Assembly (NCBI GenBank): GCA_963714885.1
Contig: CAVQQV010000049.1
Span: forward strand, 1,177 to 65,176
Length of the DNA stretch: 64,000 bases
Direction: 5' to 3'
Origin: Candidatus Sulfomarinibacteraceae bacterium
GTDB lineage: Bacteria > Acidobacteriota > Thermoanaerobaculia > Thermoanaerobaculales > Sulfomarinibacteraceae
Both the position numbers and the translations under genes were made by a program. The notes beneath the pieces are model-generated. The model did no database searches. It saw only the letters and a program-made list of their open reading frames with translations, and had not been told where the DNA came from. This document shows, one piece after another, positions 11,328-22,385 of this stretch (position 1 is its first letter; each line of letters starts with the position of its first letter).

Positions 11328-11456
11328 GGTCACCTCGATCGATAAAGTGGTACGACCCCAGATTGTCGGTGTCCGACGCCCAGATTCTACAGGGTGCGGG
11401 GACGCCCTGTCGCCCCCAAGAGTGACTTTCCCAACGATGCGGGCTAGGCTCGCGAA

Positions 11457-12335
11457 GTGAGGATCATCGTCAATCCGGCAGCGGCGGGCGGCCGCCTGGG
11501 TCGTGAGTGGCCGCAGCTGGAGAAGAAGCTGGCCGGATGGGGCTTGGAGGCGGACACGGTTTTCACCGACGCGCCCGGGCACGCTACCGAATTGGCGTTT
11601 GCGGCTGCGAGCGACGGTGTGGAGCGGATCGTCGTCGCCGGCGGGGACGGCACCGTGTGCGAGGCGGCGGAGGGGCTGCATCGGGCGGGAGGTGGTGAGC
11701 TCGGGATCCTCCCGTTGGGAACCGGAAACGACGGCGCGCGCACGCTCGGGGTACCGCTGGACCTCGAAGATGCTGTTCGCGCCGCAGCCAACGGTCGGAC
11801 CCGGGCGGTCGATCTCATCCGCGTCGGCGACCGGGTGGTGTTGAACGCCATCGGCATCGGATTGACGGGCGACATCAACGACCGCGCCGCCTCGATCAAG
11901 TGGGTGCGCGGGATCGCGGTGTACCTCGTTGCCGCAGTTTGGGCGCTCTTCCGCTATCGCATGCAGGTGGTGCGGATGGTCACCGACTGCCAGGAGTATC
12001 AGGGTTCGATGGTGATTCTGGCGGTCCACGGCGGCCCCACCACCGGTGGTGGCTTTGCCCTCACCCCGGCGGCGGTGATCGACGACGGTCTGGTGGACGC
12101 CTGCCTGGTGCCCGATGTGGGTGTTGCCGGAAGGCTGGCACGCCTTGTTGCAGCCATGAAAGGCACCCTTGGCGGCAAGAGCGGCACCCTCGAGCTGCAG
12201 GCGCCGTGGCTCGAGCTCCACTTCGAGCGCCCCTTGCCCGCCCACCTCGACGGCAACTCGGTGACGCTGGAGCCGCCGATGGTGCGCTTCGAGGTCCTGC
12301 CCGGCGCCCTGAAAGTCGTCGTCCCGGCGGAGTGA
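11457..12335 (+). CDS. Diacylglycerol kinase-family lipid kinase (YegS/Rv2252/BmrU)
   Basis: IIVNPAAAGG, AGGDGT, LPLGTGND, HLDGN motifs. Confidence 0.92.
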   Translation: MRIIVNPAAAGGRLGREWPQLEKKLAGWGLEADTVFTDAPGHATELAFAAASDGVERIVVAGGDGTVCEAAEGLHRAGGGELGILPLGTGNDGARTLGVPLDLEDAVRAAANGRTRAVDLIRVGDRVVLNAIGIGLTGDINDRAASIKWVRGIAVYLVAAVWALFRYRMQVVRMVTDCQEYQGSMVILAVHGGPTTGGGFALTPAAVIDDGLVDACLVPDVGVAGRLARLVAAMKGTLGGKSGTLELQAPWLELHFERPLPAHLDGNSVTLEPPMVRFEVLPGALKVVVPAE

Positions 12336-12346
12336 TCCAGGAGAAA

Positions 12347-12462
12347 CCGCAGATCACGCAGATGAACGCAGATCCATCCCACCGTCGCAACCACGAAGAC
12401 ACAAAGCCACAAAGCCGTCACAAAGGCCACGGCCTCGGAATGCAACGCAAAGGCGCCGCGCC
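12347..12462. repeat. Cluster of short imperfect 8-9-mer tandem repeats
   Basis: ccgcagat-cacgcagat-gaacgcagat and ccacgaag-acacaaag-ccacaaag just after the kinase stop codon. Confidence 0.6.
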
Positions 12463-12472
12463 GAGTGGTTTC

Positions 12473-12569
12473 GTAGGGTGGGCTTCAGCCCACCATCAGA
12501 GGCGTTGGCGTACGTGACGAACTCGAGAAACCCGAAGCTGCTCTGAAGGTGGGCCGAGGCCCACCCTAC
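12473..12569. repeat. GTAG-type REP doublet (inverted pair)
   Basis: GTAGGGTGGGCTTCAGCCCACC (12473-12494) and an inverted copy (12541-12569); near-identical copies at 45502-45578. Confidence 0.85.
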
Positions 12570-12613
12570 CTCCGGACAGGCCGGGTTGGATCGAACCTGC
12601 GGAAACGAGGCGC

Positions 12614-12808
12614 GTGCGGTGGAGGTGCCTGGCTCCCACAATGATGTTGTCCTCAACATCATTGTGGCGTGCTTGGCTCCTCTCGGGAAGTGAGTGCGGA
12701 AAGTCAGCGTGCAGCGGAGGTGCCATTTTCAACATTGTCTGGCTCTCGCACCCGCACGCCGGGAACGCCTCTCGGGCAGACAATGTTGAAGGTGACTCCT
12801 CCCAGGTA
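12614..12808 (-). repeat. Two tandem units of a dispersed hairpin element (76 bp and 100 bp)
   Basis: Ends like TTCCCGAGAGGAGCC...GGCACCTCCGCCGCAC on the minus strand, each enclosing an internal inverted repeat; homologous to 14468-14567 and 38996-39095. Confidence 0.8.
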
Positions 12809-12879
12809 TGCCGCGGGGAAAGGCATGTCAACGGAGGCGCCCCCTTCATCGTCGTACTACCATGTTGCGGGCTGGAGCC

Positions 12880-13464
12880 ATGAACCCCTCTCGAATCGAT
12901 CACGGCGTCGAGGACGACGCGCTCGTCATGCGGGCGCGCAACGGCGATCGCGACGCCTTCGGCGAGCTCGTTGAGCGCCACCAACGGCGGGTGTGGATGG
13001 TGTGCCGCCAATATGTCGGGGTCGACGAGGCCGACGCCCTCGCCCAGGACAGCCTGGTCAAGGCCTTCACAGGGATTGCGAATTTCGACGGCCGGGCGGC
13101 CTTCTCCACCTGGTTGACCCGCATCGCCATCAACACCTGTCTCGATCAGCTTCGCCGCCGGCGCCGCGAGCATGTGGTCGACGAAGCGGTGGACGACGAT
13201 CAAAAGAGCGGTCCCGCCCTCCAGGTGGCCGACGACCGGGCGGGGCCGGAAGATCGCAGCATGCAGAGACAGGCGATGGCATCGCTCGACGCCCGGGAAC
13301 GAGATCTGCCGCCGCGGCAACGGGAGATTTTTCGCCTGCGCTTTTATGCGGAGATGGAGCTCGAGGAGATCGCCGAGGCCCTTGGCGTGCACGTGGGAAC
13401 GGTCAAGACGCAGCTGCACCGGGCGGTGCACCGGCTGCGCCAGGAGTTGGGAGCTTATCGATGA
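12880..13464 (+). CDS. ECF RNA polymerase sigma-70 factor
   Basis: GDRDAFGELVERHQ, FSTWLTRIAINTCLD, LPPRQREIFRL, EIAEALGVHVGTVKTQLHRA; SD GGAG before ATG 12880. Confidence 0.94.
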   Translation: MNPSRIDHGVEDDALVMRARNGDRDAFGELVERHQRRVWMVCRQYVGVDEADALAQDSLVKAFTGIANFDGRAAFSTWLTRIAINTCLDQLRRRRREHVVDEAVDDDQKSGPALQVADDRAGPEDRSMQRQAMASLDARERDLPPRQREIFRLRFYAEMELEEIAEALGVHVGTVKTQLHRAVHRLRQELGAYR

Positions 13465-13934
13465 ACACGCATCTGACGGATGATGATTTTACGGCTGTGG
13501 TCGCGGGCCACGAGGTAACTTCGCAGGCGGCGGAGCACCTGGCTTCCTGCGTGAGTTGCCGGCAGGAGGTGAGCGAGTTGCAGCGGTCAATCTCCGAACG
13601 CCGCCAGGGCATGGAGGCGGAGACCCCTGACTGGCAGCAGCAGCGGCGCGAGGTCATGGCGCGTCTGGCGGATCAACCGTCGCCCCAATTGGCCCCAGCG
13701 GGACGGTGGCTACGCCCTCTCCTGGCTGCAGCTGCGGTGCTGGTGGTGGCGGTGGGCCTGGGATTGTTGATGCCGCCTGGGGCAGTGACTCCGCCTGCAA
13801 CCGACGACCTGGCGATCGAACAGATTCTGGCCGAGGTGGACGCGGTTCTGGCCGATGACTCGCTGCCTGGCTTCGAATCCATCGACCCCGGGGTCGACGA
13901 TCCTGCGAGCATTTTCGAAAACGGGGCATCATGA
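13461..13934 (+). CDS. Zinc-binding anti-sigma factor (ZAS-type), single TM
   Basis: HLASCVSC (HxxxCxxC) plus one TM helix; ATGA overlap with the ECF sigma gene. Confidence 0.82.
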   Translation: MNTHLTDDDFTAVVAGHEVTSQAAEHLASCVSCRQEVSELQRSISERRQGMEAETPDWQQQRREVMARLADQPSPQLAPAGRWLRPLLAAAAVLVVAVGLGLLMPPGAVTPPATDDLAIEQILAEVDAVLADDSLPGFESIDPGVDDPASIFENGAS

Positions 13935-13950
13935 ACGGGCGGAACTGGAG

Positions 13951-14424
13951 ATGATCATGAAGAAGTGGCTGATCACCTGTGCACTCCTGGCTGCGGTCCT
14001 GCCGCTGGCGGCGCAAGAGTTCGAGCTTCCACCGGGCAAGTGGTGGGAGGACCAGCGTCTTGCCGAGCGGGTTGGGCTCAGTGCCGAGCAACAGCAACAG
14101 ATCCGCGACCTCGTCTACGAGGGAGCCCGCCGGATGATCGATCTCAAGGCAGCCGTCGATCTCGCCGGCCTTGACCTCGCCGAAGTGGTCAACAGCAGTG
14201 ACTTTGATCCCCAGGTGGTGAGGGAAGCTTACGCCGTATTTCAGACCGCCCGTAAGAAACTGGAGAACGAGCGCTTCGAAATGCTGCTCGATGTGCGACA
14301 GGTGTTGACCACCGAGCAGTGGCAGAAGCTCCAGGAGCTGAAACGTCGCATGCAGCAGATGCGGCAGCAACGGCGCCCCGGCGAACGACCGCAGGGAGGG
14401 CAGCAGCCGCAAGGCGGGCTGTAG
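13951..14424 (+). CDS. Periplasmic Spy/CpxP-like (heavy-metal sensor) protein
   Basis: Signal peptide, GKWW, LSAEQQQQI and VLTTEQWQKL (LTxxQ-like motifs). Confidence 0.8.
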   Translation: MIMKKWLITCALLAAVLPLAAQEFELPPGKWWEDQRLAERVGLSAEQQQQIRDLVYEGARRMIDLKAAVDLAGLDLAEVVNSSDFDPQVVREAYAVFQTARKKLENERFEMLLDVRQVLTTEQWQKLQELKRRMQQMRQQRRPGERPQGGQQPQGGL

Positions 14425-14467
14425 GGGAGGTCAGAACCTCCTGCGCAGGATGACTTTCATCACTCCC

Positions 14468-14567
14468 TTCCCGAGAGGAGCCATCCCTGACATTGTTTGC
14501 CCGTACATTGGTGGGTGGTCCAGCATTCTCGAATCAAACAATGTCAAAAATGGCACCTCCGCCGCAC
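14468..14567 (+). repeat. 100-bp dispersed hairpin element
   Basis: TTCCCGAGAGGAGCC...TGACATTGTTTG-loop-CAAACAATGTCA...TGGCACCTCCGCCGCAC. Confidence 0.8.
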
Positions 14568-14723
14568 AGGGTCCTCGCGCCGACCAAAGCCGCTGATGCC
14601 AGTTCGACCGTGCCGTCACTGCCTCCCTGCCTCACTGCGATTCCTCTGGGCGGGTGGTTCTATTGACAGCAAACGACCTGTCTGGTACAAGTAACGCCCC
14701 TTTGTGTTGGGGAGAGGTGTGGA

Positions 14724-15047
14724 ATGACTGATTACGCAATCGTTGAACATGGCGGCAAACAGTACCGGGTGAGTCCGGGCGATGAGCTGGTTGTCGAGCG
14801 CACGCAACCCGATCTCAAAAAGGGCGATGACCTGGTCTTCGATCGGGTGATGCTGGTGAGCCAGGGCGAGGCCGTTCGCGTGGGCCAGCCGGTGGTTGAC
14901 GGCGCGTCGGTGAAGAGCCAGGTCGTGGCGCCGGTGCGTGGCGATAAAATCATTGTCTTCAAGAAGAAACGCCGCAAGGGCTACAAAAAGACGCAGGGTC
15001 ACCGACAGGACTACTATCGGGTCCGCGTCGAGTCCATCACGGCTTAG
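14724..15047 (+). CDS. rplU: 50S ribosomal protein L21
   Basis: [13 protein letters not shown]...[21 protein letters not shown]. Confidence 0.98.
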   Translation: MTDYAIVEHGGKQYRVSPGDELVVERTQPDLKKGDDLVFDRVMLVSQGEAVRVGQPVVDGASVKSQVVAPVRGDKIIVFKKKRRKGYKKTQGHRQDYYRVRVESITA

Positions 15048-15055
15048 GGGGAGTC

Positions 15056-15310
15056 ATGGCGCATAAAAAAGGACAGGGATCGAGCCGTAACGGTCGTGAC
15101 TCGAACGCTCAGCGTCTCGGCACCAAGGTCGGTGATGGCCAGACGGTCCCGGCCGGGACCATTCTGGTTCGCCAGCGTGGCACCCGTTTCAAGCCTGGCC
15201 TCAACGTCATGCGCGGGGGAGACGACACGCTGTTCGCCACCGCAACCGGGCTGGTCAAGTTCCAGAATCGCGGCCGCCTCGGCCGGTTCATCAACATCGT
15301 GGCCAACTGA
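15056..15310 (+). CDS. rpmA: 50S ribosomal protein L27
   Basis: [30 protein letters not shown]. Confidence 0.99.
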   Translation: MAHKKGQGSSRNGRDSNAQRLGTKVGDGQTVPAGTILVRQRGTRFKPGLNVMRGGDDTLFATATGLVKFQNRGRLGRFINIVAN

Positions 15311-15398
15311 TCTCAAAGACATCCACCATGACAGCCAGATCCGAGCGAACGCGCGCACCTGCGTGGCGGCGTAGTTACGTCCCTTCGGGGTGGGCCAG

Positions 15399-16412
15399 AT
15401 GCTGATCGACTCAGCCCGGGTCAAGGTGCGAGCGGGTGCCGGCGGCAACGGCTGCGTTTCCTTCAGGCGTGAGAAGTTCGTCCCTCGCGGCGGCCCCAAC
15501 GGCGGCGACGGCGGCAGCGGCGGCAGCGTGGTCCTCGAGGTCGACGAGGGGCACAACACGCTGCTCCACCTCCACCACCGGCGGCTGGTCAAGGCCGAGA
15601 GCGGCCATAACGGTCTCGGCTCGAACAAGACCGGCGCCGGCAGCCCCGATGCTGTTCTCCTGGTGCCGCCCGGAACCGTGGTGCGAAATGCCGAGACCGG
15701 TGAGGTGTTGGGCGACCTCGTCGAACCCGGGCAACGGCTCGTCGTGGCGCGGGGCGGCCGCGGCGGGCGCGGCAACGTCCGCTTCTCGAGCGCCACCAAC
15801 CGCGTGCCCCGGACCGCCGAGGACGGCCTACCCGGTGAAGAACTCGAGCTCGAGTTCGAGCTCAAGCTTCTGGCCGACGTTGGGCTGGTGGGTCTCCCCA
15901 ACGCGGGCAAGTCGACCCTGTTGTCGCGGCTGTCGGCGGCTCGGCCCAAGGTGGCGGATTATCCCTTTACCACCCTCGAGCCGTATCTCGGCGTGGTCGC
16001 AAGCCCGGACGACGTGCATCGGACCCTGGTGATGGCCGACATCCCCGGGATCATCGAAGGCGCCCACCATGGCGCGGGGCTCGGCACGCAGTTTCTCCGA
16101 CACGTGGAACGCTGCCCGGTGCTTCTGCAGCTGGTGGACCTCTCCGCCGATGAACCGGTGGAGGCGGGTGTTGATACCATTCGGGGAGAGCTCGAGGCCC
16201 ACGAGGCGCCGCTCGAGAATCGACCGTGGGTTCTGGTGGGCACAAAGCTCGACGCGGTGGCGGATCGCGAGCGCGCGCTCGCCGACCTCGAGGCAGTGGC
16301 AGAGGGCTACGGTGTTCGCTGGACCGCCATTTCGGCGGTGACCGGCGAAGGCGTCGACCCACTCGTGCGTTTGCTGCTCGAAAATGTAGAGGAGGCCAGG
16401 AAAACGCCATGA
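15399..16412 (+). CDS. obgE: GTPase ObgE/CgtA
   Basis: GGNGCVSFRREKFVPRGGPNGGDGG, GLPNAGKST, YPFTTLEP, DIPG; follows rplU-rpmA. Confidence 0.97.
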   Translation: MLIDSARVKVRAGAGGNGCVSFRREKFVPRGGPNGGDGGSGGSVVLEVDEGHNTLLHLHHRRLVKAESGHNGLGSNKTGAGSPDAVLLVPPGTVVRNAETGEVLGDLVEPGQRLVVARGGRGGRGNVRFSSATNRVPRTAEDGLPGEELELEFELKLLADVGLVGLPNAGKSTLLSRLSAARPKVADYPFTTLEPYLGVVASPDDVHRTLVMADIPGIIEGAHHGAGLGTQFLRHVERCPVLLQLVDLSADEPVEAGVDTIRGELEAHEAPLENRPWVLVGTKLDAVADRERALADLEAVAEGYGVRWTAISAVTGEGVDPLVRLLLENVEEARKTP

Positions 16413-17080
16413 CACGGCGCATCGCGATCTACGGAGGAAGCTTCGATCCATTCCATCTCGGCCACCTGGTGCCGACCGTGAGGGCGCAGGAGACCTTTCA
16501 CTTCGAGGCCGTGTATTTCGTGCCTGCGGGATCGCCGCCCCACAAGAACTCCGGTCCGCTGACTGCGGTCACCCACCGGTTGGCGATGGTGGCCATGGCC
16601 ACCCTGCCCTACGACAATTTTTTTACCTCCGACGACGAGGTTTTTGCCCCCCAACCGACCTATTCGGTGGAGACCGTCCATCGGTTTCGTGATCGTTTTC
16701 CGGATGCCACCCTCTTTTTCGTCCTGGGGTCCGACTCCTTTTCGCAGATCGCCACATGGGACCGGTGGGAGGAGCTGGTGGACTCGGTTCACCTGGTGGT
16801 GCTGCACCGCGCCCACATGTGGGACGACGAGCTCGCCAGCAAGGTGCCGGAACGCCTGCTCAGTCGAATGCAGGAGGTCGAGGTGTTTGCTGAGGTCCCG
16901 GACCCGAAGGAACTGACCGTCTACCTCCTCAACCACGAGCCCTTTCCCATCTCCGGGACCTCGATCCGCGCCCGCCAGAGCCGGGGTCTGCCGATCCGCG
17001 AACTGGTGCCCCACGAGGTCCACTCCTATATCGAAAAGTACGGCCTCTACGGGCCCACTGGAGAGGGCGTTGCCACATGA
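16409..17080 (+). CDS. nadD: Nicotinate-nucleotide adenylyltransferase
   Basis: GGSFDPFHLGH, PPHK, LGSDS, ISGTSIR; conserved obgE-nadD-rsfS order. Confidence 0.95.
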   Translation: MTRRIAIYGGSFDPFHLGHLVPTVRAQETFHFEAVYFVPAGSPPHKNSGPLTAVTHRLAMVAMATLPYDNFFTSDDEVFAPQPTYSVETVHRFRDRFPDATLFFVLGSDSFSQIATWDRWEELVDSVHLVVLHRAHMWDDELASKVPERLLSRMQEVEVFAEVPDPKELTVYLLNHEPFPISGTSIRARQSRGLPIRELVPHEVHSYIEKYGLYGPTGEGVAT

Positions 17081-17457
17081 CCAACCTTGACACCATCTCG
17101 ACGCTTCGCACCGCAGCCCGCGCCGCCGCCGACAAGAAGGCCTTTCAGATCGTCGCTCTCCAGGTATCCGCGCTCTCCTCGTACGCTGACGGCCTTCTCA
17201 TCTGTTCCGGCGGCAGCGACCGCCAGGTTGCCGCGATCGCGGGCGAGGTACAGAGCCAACTTCGGGACCACGGCCGCAAACCGCTGCACGTGGAAGGCGA
17301 GCGCCGCGCCGAGTGGGTCTTGATGGACTACGGCGATGTGGTGATTCACGTCTTTACCGAAGAGCGCCGCGCCTACTACGGTCTCGAGAGCCTGTGGGGC
17401 GATGCTCCGCGGCTCGACGCCGAAGCGCTCGCGGTCGGCAACGGCGACGCTTCGTGA
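17077..17457 (+). CDS. rsfS: Ribosome silencing factor RsfS
   Basis: DKKA, WVLMDYGDVVIHVF, RAYYGLESLW. Confidence 0.96.
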   Translation: MTNLDTISTLRTAARAAADKKAFQIVALQVSALSSYADGLLICSGGSDRQVAAIAGEVQSQLRDHGRKPLHVEGERRAEWVLMDYGDVVIHVFTEERRAYYGLESLWGDAPRLDAEALAVGNGDAS

Positions 17458-17936
17458 GGGTTCGGGTGGCGTGGCTCGGCCGTCCGTCGGCGAGCCCATA
17501 TGAAGAACAGGTGGAGACTTATCGCAAGCGGGTGACGCGCCGGTGGCCTGCCGAAGATCGCCCGTCGCGACCGACCAGCGGCGGGCGCAGCCAAGATCCC
17601 GACCGCGCGATCCGCCTCGAGGCCGAGGCGCTCGAGCGCCAGTGTGAGTCGGGTTGGCGATTGGTGGCCCTCGATGAGCGGGGCCGCGGCCGCGACAGTC
17701 AAGACCTGGCAAACTGGTTGGCGGGCCTCGAGGACGGTGGGACGCCGGGTGTGGTGTTCGCCGTCGGCAGCGACCTCGGTCTCCACAGGGCCATTGTCGA
17801 CCGTGCGGACGAGCGGTTGTCACTGAGTGCGATGACGCTGCCACACCTTCTGGCACGACTCGTGTTGTGGGAACAGCTCTTTCGCGCCACCCAGATTCTC
17901 GGAGGTGGTGCCTATCACCGGGACGTAATACAATGA
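17454..17936 (+). CDS. rlmH: 23S rRNA (pseudouridine1915-N3)-methyltransferase RlmH
   Basis: LDERG, LSLSAMTLPHLLARLVLWEQLFRA, YH; GTG start overlapping the rsfS stop. Confidence 0.93.
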   Translation: MRVRVAWLGRPSASPYEEQVETYRKRVTRRWPAEDRPSRPTSGGRSQDPDRAIRLEAEALERQCESGWRLVALDERGRGRDSQDLANWLAGLEDGGTPGVVFAVGSDLGLHRAIVDRADERLSLSAMTLPHLLARLVLWEQLFRATQILGGGAYHRDVIQ

Positions 17937-18009
17937 GGAACGGTCGCCCATTGGAGTGGGTGGTCACTATTTGTGAGCGGCCTTCAGCCGCATTACAGAG
18001 GAGCCACGA

Positions 18010-18363
18010 ATGAACAAAAGACAGCTGGCACGCTATCGCAAGGAGCTCGAGGCGAAGCGGGACGAGCTGCTGGAACTGGTCCGGTCTGCACGAGCAAGCG
18101 AGCAGGAAGGTGGCGAGAAGCAAGCCCCCGATCTCGGGGACCGTGCGCTTTCGACCGTCATCAGGGACTTGAGCTATCAGCTGAGCGCCGCTGAACGGGA
18201 GATCATGCGCCGCATCGACGAGGCACTCGATCGTATGGATCGCAACGAGTATGGTGTTTGCGTCGAATGTGAGAAAAAGATGCAGATCGGTCGTCTTGAT
18301 GCCGTGCCCTGGGCCCGCCACTGTATTCAGTGTCAGGAGCTGCAGGACCGTGGAGAGATCTGA
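18010..18363 (+). CDS. dksA: DksA/TraR C4-type zinc finger protein
   Basis: Coiled coil with DLGDRA (DxxDxA) tip; YGVCVEC...RLDAVPWARHCIQCQE. Confidence 0.85.
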   Translation: MNKRQLARYRKELEAKRDELLELVRSARASEQEGGEKQAPDLGDRALSTVIRDLSYQLSAAEREIMRRIDEALDRMDRNEYGVCVECEKKMQIGRLDAVPWARHCIQCQELQDRGEI

Positions 18364-18397
18364 CCGGAATTTCGCGCACGACCGCAGCGTCTGACCC

Positions 18398-19573
18398 GTG
18401 GCGCCGGTCCACCTCATCGCCTCGTCGGACGACTTTCTTCTTGAAGAACAGGTTAGGGAGATCACGCGTGCCGCGAGCGAAAGCTTTGGCGGCGTCGAGC
18501 CCGAGGTCTTGCCGTCGGAGATCACCCCCTCAGACCTCGCGACCGAGCTCTGTTCCCCATCGTTGTTTGCGCCGCAACGGGTGTTCGTGATCCCCGACCT
18601 GCGCACGTGGGTGGGAGCGCCCGCGAAGGGCAAGGCGAAGAAGTCAGCCGAGCCCGAACCGGTGGATGTCACGCCGGTGGTGGGGGTGCTCGAAGAGGGT
18701 CTTTCGCAGGACATTGCCCTGGTCATGGGCGCGTGGTGCAAGAGCAACCCGAAAGGGCCCCTCGTCAAGGCCGTCAGCCAAGCGGGCACCTTCGAGTGGC
18801 TGCCCGGCCCGGACGAGGTCAAACCGTGGGAAGACCTCGAACTGTCCGCAGAACAGGAAAAGGTCCTGCGCGGAGTCCTGGCGCGGACGGCGGGCGACGT
18901 GAAGTTCTCCGAGGGCGCCAAGAAGTTGTTGCTGCACCGCCTCGGCTATGCGCCGCGGCTGTTGATTCAGGAGGCGAAGAAGCTGGTTGCCGCCCACGTC
19001 GACAACAGAGTGGACGAAGACCTGGTGCGGGCCCTCTGTTTTCCCAGGGAGCGCTCTTTGGAGGCGGTCAGGGACGCCGTGTTCGACCGAAAGGTGGCCC
19101 CGATTCTCGATCTCCTCGCCGCGGTCGAGACCGGGGTCCCGGTGCGCGACTGGCGGGGGCAGCTTTTAACCGAGGACAACGTGCCGTTCATGATCGCAGC
19201 CCAGGTCGGTTCATTGTGCCAGCAGATGCTCTATCTCCGCCGGTTGGCGGTGCGTATCGGGATGGAGCGCGAACTGGCGCCGGAACGGACGGCCGAGCCG
19301 AAATGGTATCCCTACCGATTCAAGAACGGAATGGGGCCGGATCTTCTGGAGCATCTCAAGACCGACGCTCCATCGCCGATGTTCGGGTCGGGCAGAAAAC
19401 CGCCCTCGCTCTTCATCCTCGGGCAGGTCTTCAAGGGCGCGAGCCGCTGGACCGACGACGAGCTCGTCGACGCCCTCGCCGAGTTCGGCGAGACGGAGGC
19501 TGGATTGCGGGGCACGATGTCCACCCAGGGGCTTTCGGTGTGGTTGACGCGGGCCCTGGGAGGGGCTCGATAG
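18398..19573 (+). CDS. holA: Probable DNA polymerase III delta subunit (divergent)
   Basis: N-terminal HLIASSDDFLL, SPSLFAPQRVFVI, and LLIQEAKKL resemble HolA; size and housekeeping context fit. Confidence 0.6.
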   Translation: MAPVHLIASSDDFLLEEQVREITRAASESFGGVEPEVLPSEITPSDLATELCSPSLFAPQRVFVIPDLRTWVGAPAKGKAKKSAEPEPVDVTPVVGVLEEGLSQDIALVMGAWCKSNPKGPLVKAVSQAGTFEWLPGPDEVKPWEDLELSAEQEKVLRGVLARTAGDVKFSEGAKKLLLHRLGYAPRLLIQEAKKLVAAHVDNRVDEDLVRALCFPRERSLEAVRDAVFDRKVAPILDLLAAVETGVPVRDWRGQLLTEDNVPFMIAAQVGSLCQQMLYLRRLAVRIGMERELAPERTAEPKWYPYRFKNGMGPDLLEHLKTDAPSPMFGSGRKPPSLFILGQVFKGASRWTDDELVDALAEFGETEAGLRGTMSTQGLSVWLTRALGGAR

Positions 19574-19607
19574 CCCGCATTCTCCTTTTCCAGTACACTC
19601 AAGAGAG

Positions 19608-20988
<1,381 letters not shown>

Positions 20989-20990
<2 letters not shown>

Positions 20991-21222
20991 TTCTTAATTC
21001 TCAATTTTGAATTTTGAATTCCCACCCCCTGCACGCCACTGTGCTTGAACGCCCATAGCGTTCAGGGTGGGTGGCATCGCGTGAGGCGTCGGAACGGCGT
21101 AGGCGGGTCGTTTACGGCCCGCCCGCGTGAGGCTGAATGAAGCCTTTGTGGTGGCACGCTTTCAGAGGAGCCGCTGACGGTCGGGCGCGCAATTCAAAAT
21201 TCAAAATTGAGAATTCAAAATT
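20989..21222. repeat. 32-bp inverted repeat built from AATTNNN heptamers, enclosing 170 bp
   Basis: 20989-21020 versus 21191-21222 are 30/32 reverse-complementary; each arm abuts the stop codon of a convergent gene. Confidence 0.85.
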
Positions 21223-22296
21223 TTAAAGAACGTCATCCCAGCCCAGCTCGCTAAGCCGATCGACGACATCCTTGACCCGCTGCGCCTGGTCCTTCGGGAC
21301 CACCAGCACCGCGTCGGGGGTGGCCACCACCACCAGATTGTTCACCCCCGCGACCGCCACCACCGGACCGGTCGTGACAAGGACGTTGCCGGCCGCATCG
21401 ACGGCCGCGGTCCGGCCGCGGGTCGCGTTGCCTTGGTCGTCGGTCGGCAGCTTGTCGGCGAGAGCCTGCCACGAACCCACGTCCGACCACGGAAAATCCA
21501 CCGGCACCACCCAACAGCGCTCGGCACCTTCCATGATGCCGAAGTCCACCGAGGTGGACAGCAGGGACGGATAGACCTCGGCCAGGACCGCAGCGGCGTC
21601 GGGGCCTGAAAGGGCCTTGCCGATGCGGGAGAGACCGGCCGCGAGGTCGGGGAGTTGCCGCTCCATCTCCGCCAGCAGATCGCGCGCGCGCCAGGCGAAG
21701 ATGCCGGCGTTCCACAAGTAGCGGCCGTTTTCGAGATACTCCTGCGCGCGCTCCAGATCCGGTTTCTCGACGAAGGCCTCGAGCCGGCGGATCGGCCACC
21801 GCCCGATCCGAGTTCCCACGTCGCCGATCTCGAGATAGCCGTAGCCGGTCTCCGGCCGGTCGGGTTGGATGCCGAAGGTGAGCAGCCCGCCGTCACGAGC
21901 GACCGCTTCCGCTCCTGCCGACATGGCGGACCGGAAGAGCTCTTCATCGCCGATGAGGTGGTCGGCTGGGAGAACCAGGCACACGGCGTCGTCGTCGCCG
22001 GCGCCGACCGCGTGGGCGGCGAGCCCGACGCAGGCGGCAGTGTTGCGGCCGACGGGTTCGGCGAGGATGTTCCCGTCGGGCACCTCCGGCAACACCTTCC
22101 GGCACGCTATTGCGGTGGTCTGGTTGGTGATGACCCACACCCGTTCGGGAGGCACCAGCCCCACCAGACGTTCGTAGGTCAACCGCAAGAGCGGCGCCCC
22201 GCTGACCAGATCCAAGAGTTGTTTGGGGCGGTCCCGGCGCGACGCGGGCCAGAACCTCGTCCCCGACCCACCGGCCATGATCACAGCGTGCAGCAT
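21223..22296 (-). CDS. Mannose-1-phosphate guanylyltransferase
   Basis: IMAGGSGTRFWPASR..PKQ, EPVGRNTA, PETGYGY, FVEKP, WSDVGSW; no cupin isomerase domain. Confidence 0.95.
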   Translation of the reverse strand: MLHAVIMAGGSGTRFWPASRRDRPKQLLDLVSGAPLLRLTYERLVGLVPPERVWVITNQTTAIACRKVLPEVPDGNILAEPVGRNTAACVGLAAHAVGAGDDDAVCLVLPADHLIGDEELFRSAMSAGAEAVARDGGLLTFGIQPDRPETGYGYLEIGDVGTRIGRWPIRRLEAFVEKPDLERAQEYLENGRYLWNAGIFAWRARDLLAEMERQLPDLAAGLSRIGKALSGPDAAAVLAEVYPSLLSTSVDFGIMEGAERCWVVPVDFPWSDVGSWQALADKLPTDDQGNATRGRTAAVDAAGNVLVTTGPVVAVAGVNNLVVVATPDAVLVVPKDQAQRVKDVVDRLSELGWDDVL

Positions 22297-22339
22297 GTGG
22301 CTATCTTATCGCACGACCTCGCATGAACGACGCTTCGAT

Positions 22340-22375
22340 TCCTCTGCCCCTCTGCTCCTCTGCTCCTCTGCTCCC
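22340..22375. repeat. Octamer tandem repeat (TCCTCTGC)x4
   Basis: tcctctgc ccctctgc tcctctgc tcctctgc in the intergenic gap. Confidence 0.7.
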
Positions 22376-22385
22376 TTTCCCCTGG

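Noticed and set aside
1795-11345. Long antisense/alternate-frame ORFs (e.g. 1795-3558, 3327-5306, 6656-8461, 9237-11345)
   Set aside because: Shadow ORFs typical of high-GC DNA, overlapping well-supported genes. The same applies to 17047-18921, 31594-33171, 35296-36927 and 57116-59158.
12614-12808. Hairpin units as CRISPR repeats or classic attC sites
   Set aside because: Only two tandem units of unequal length, no clear RYYYAAC/GTTRRRY ends, and no integrase or cas gene in the window.
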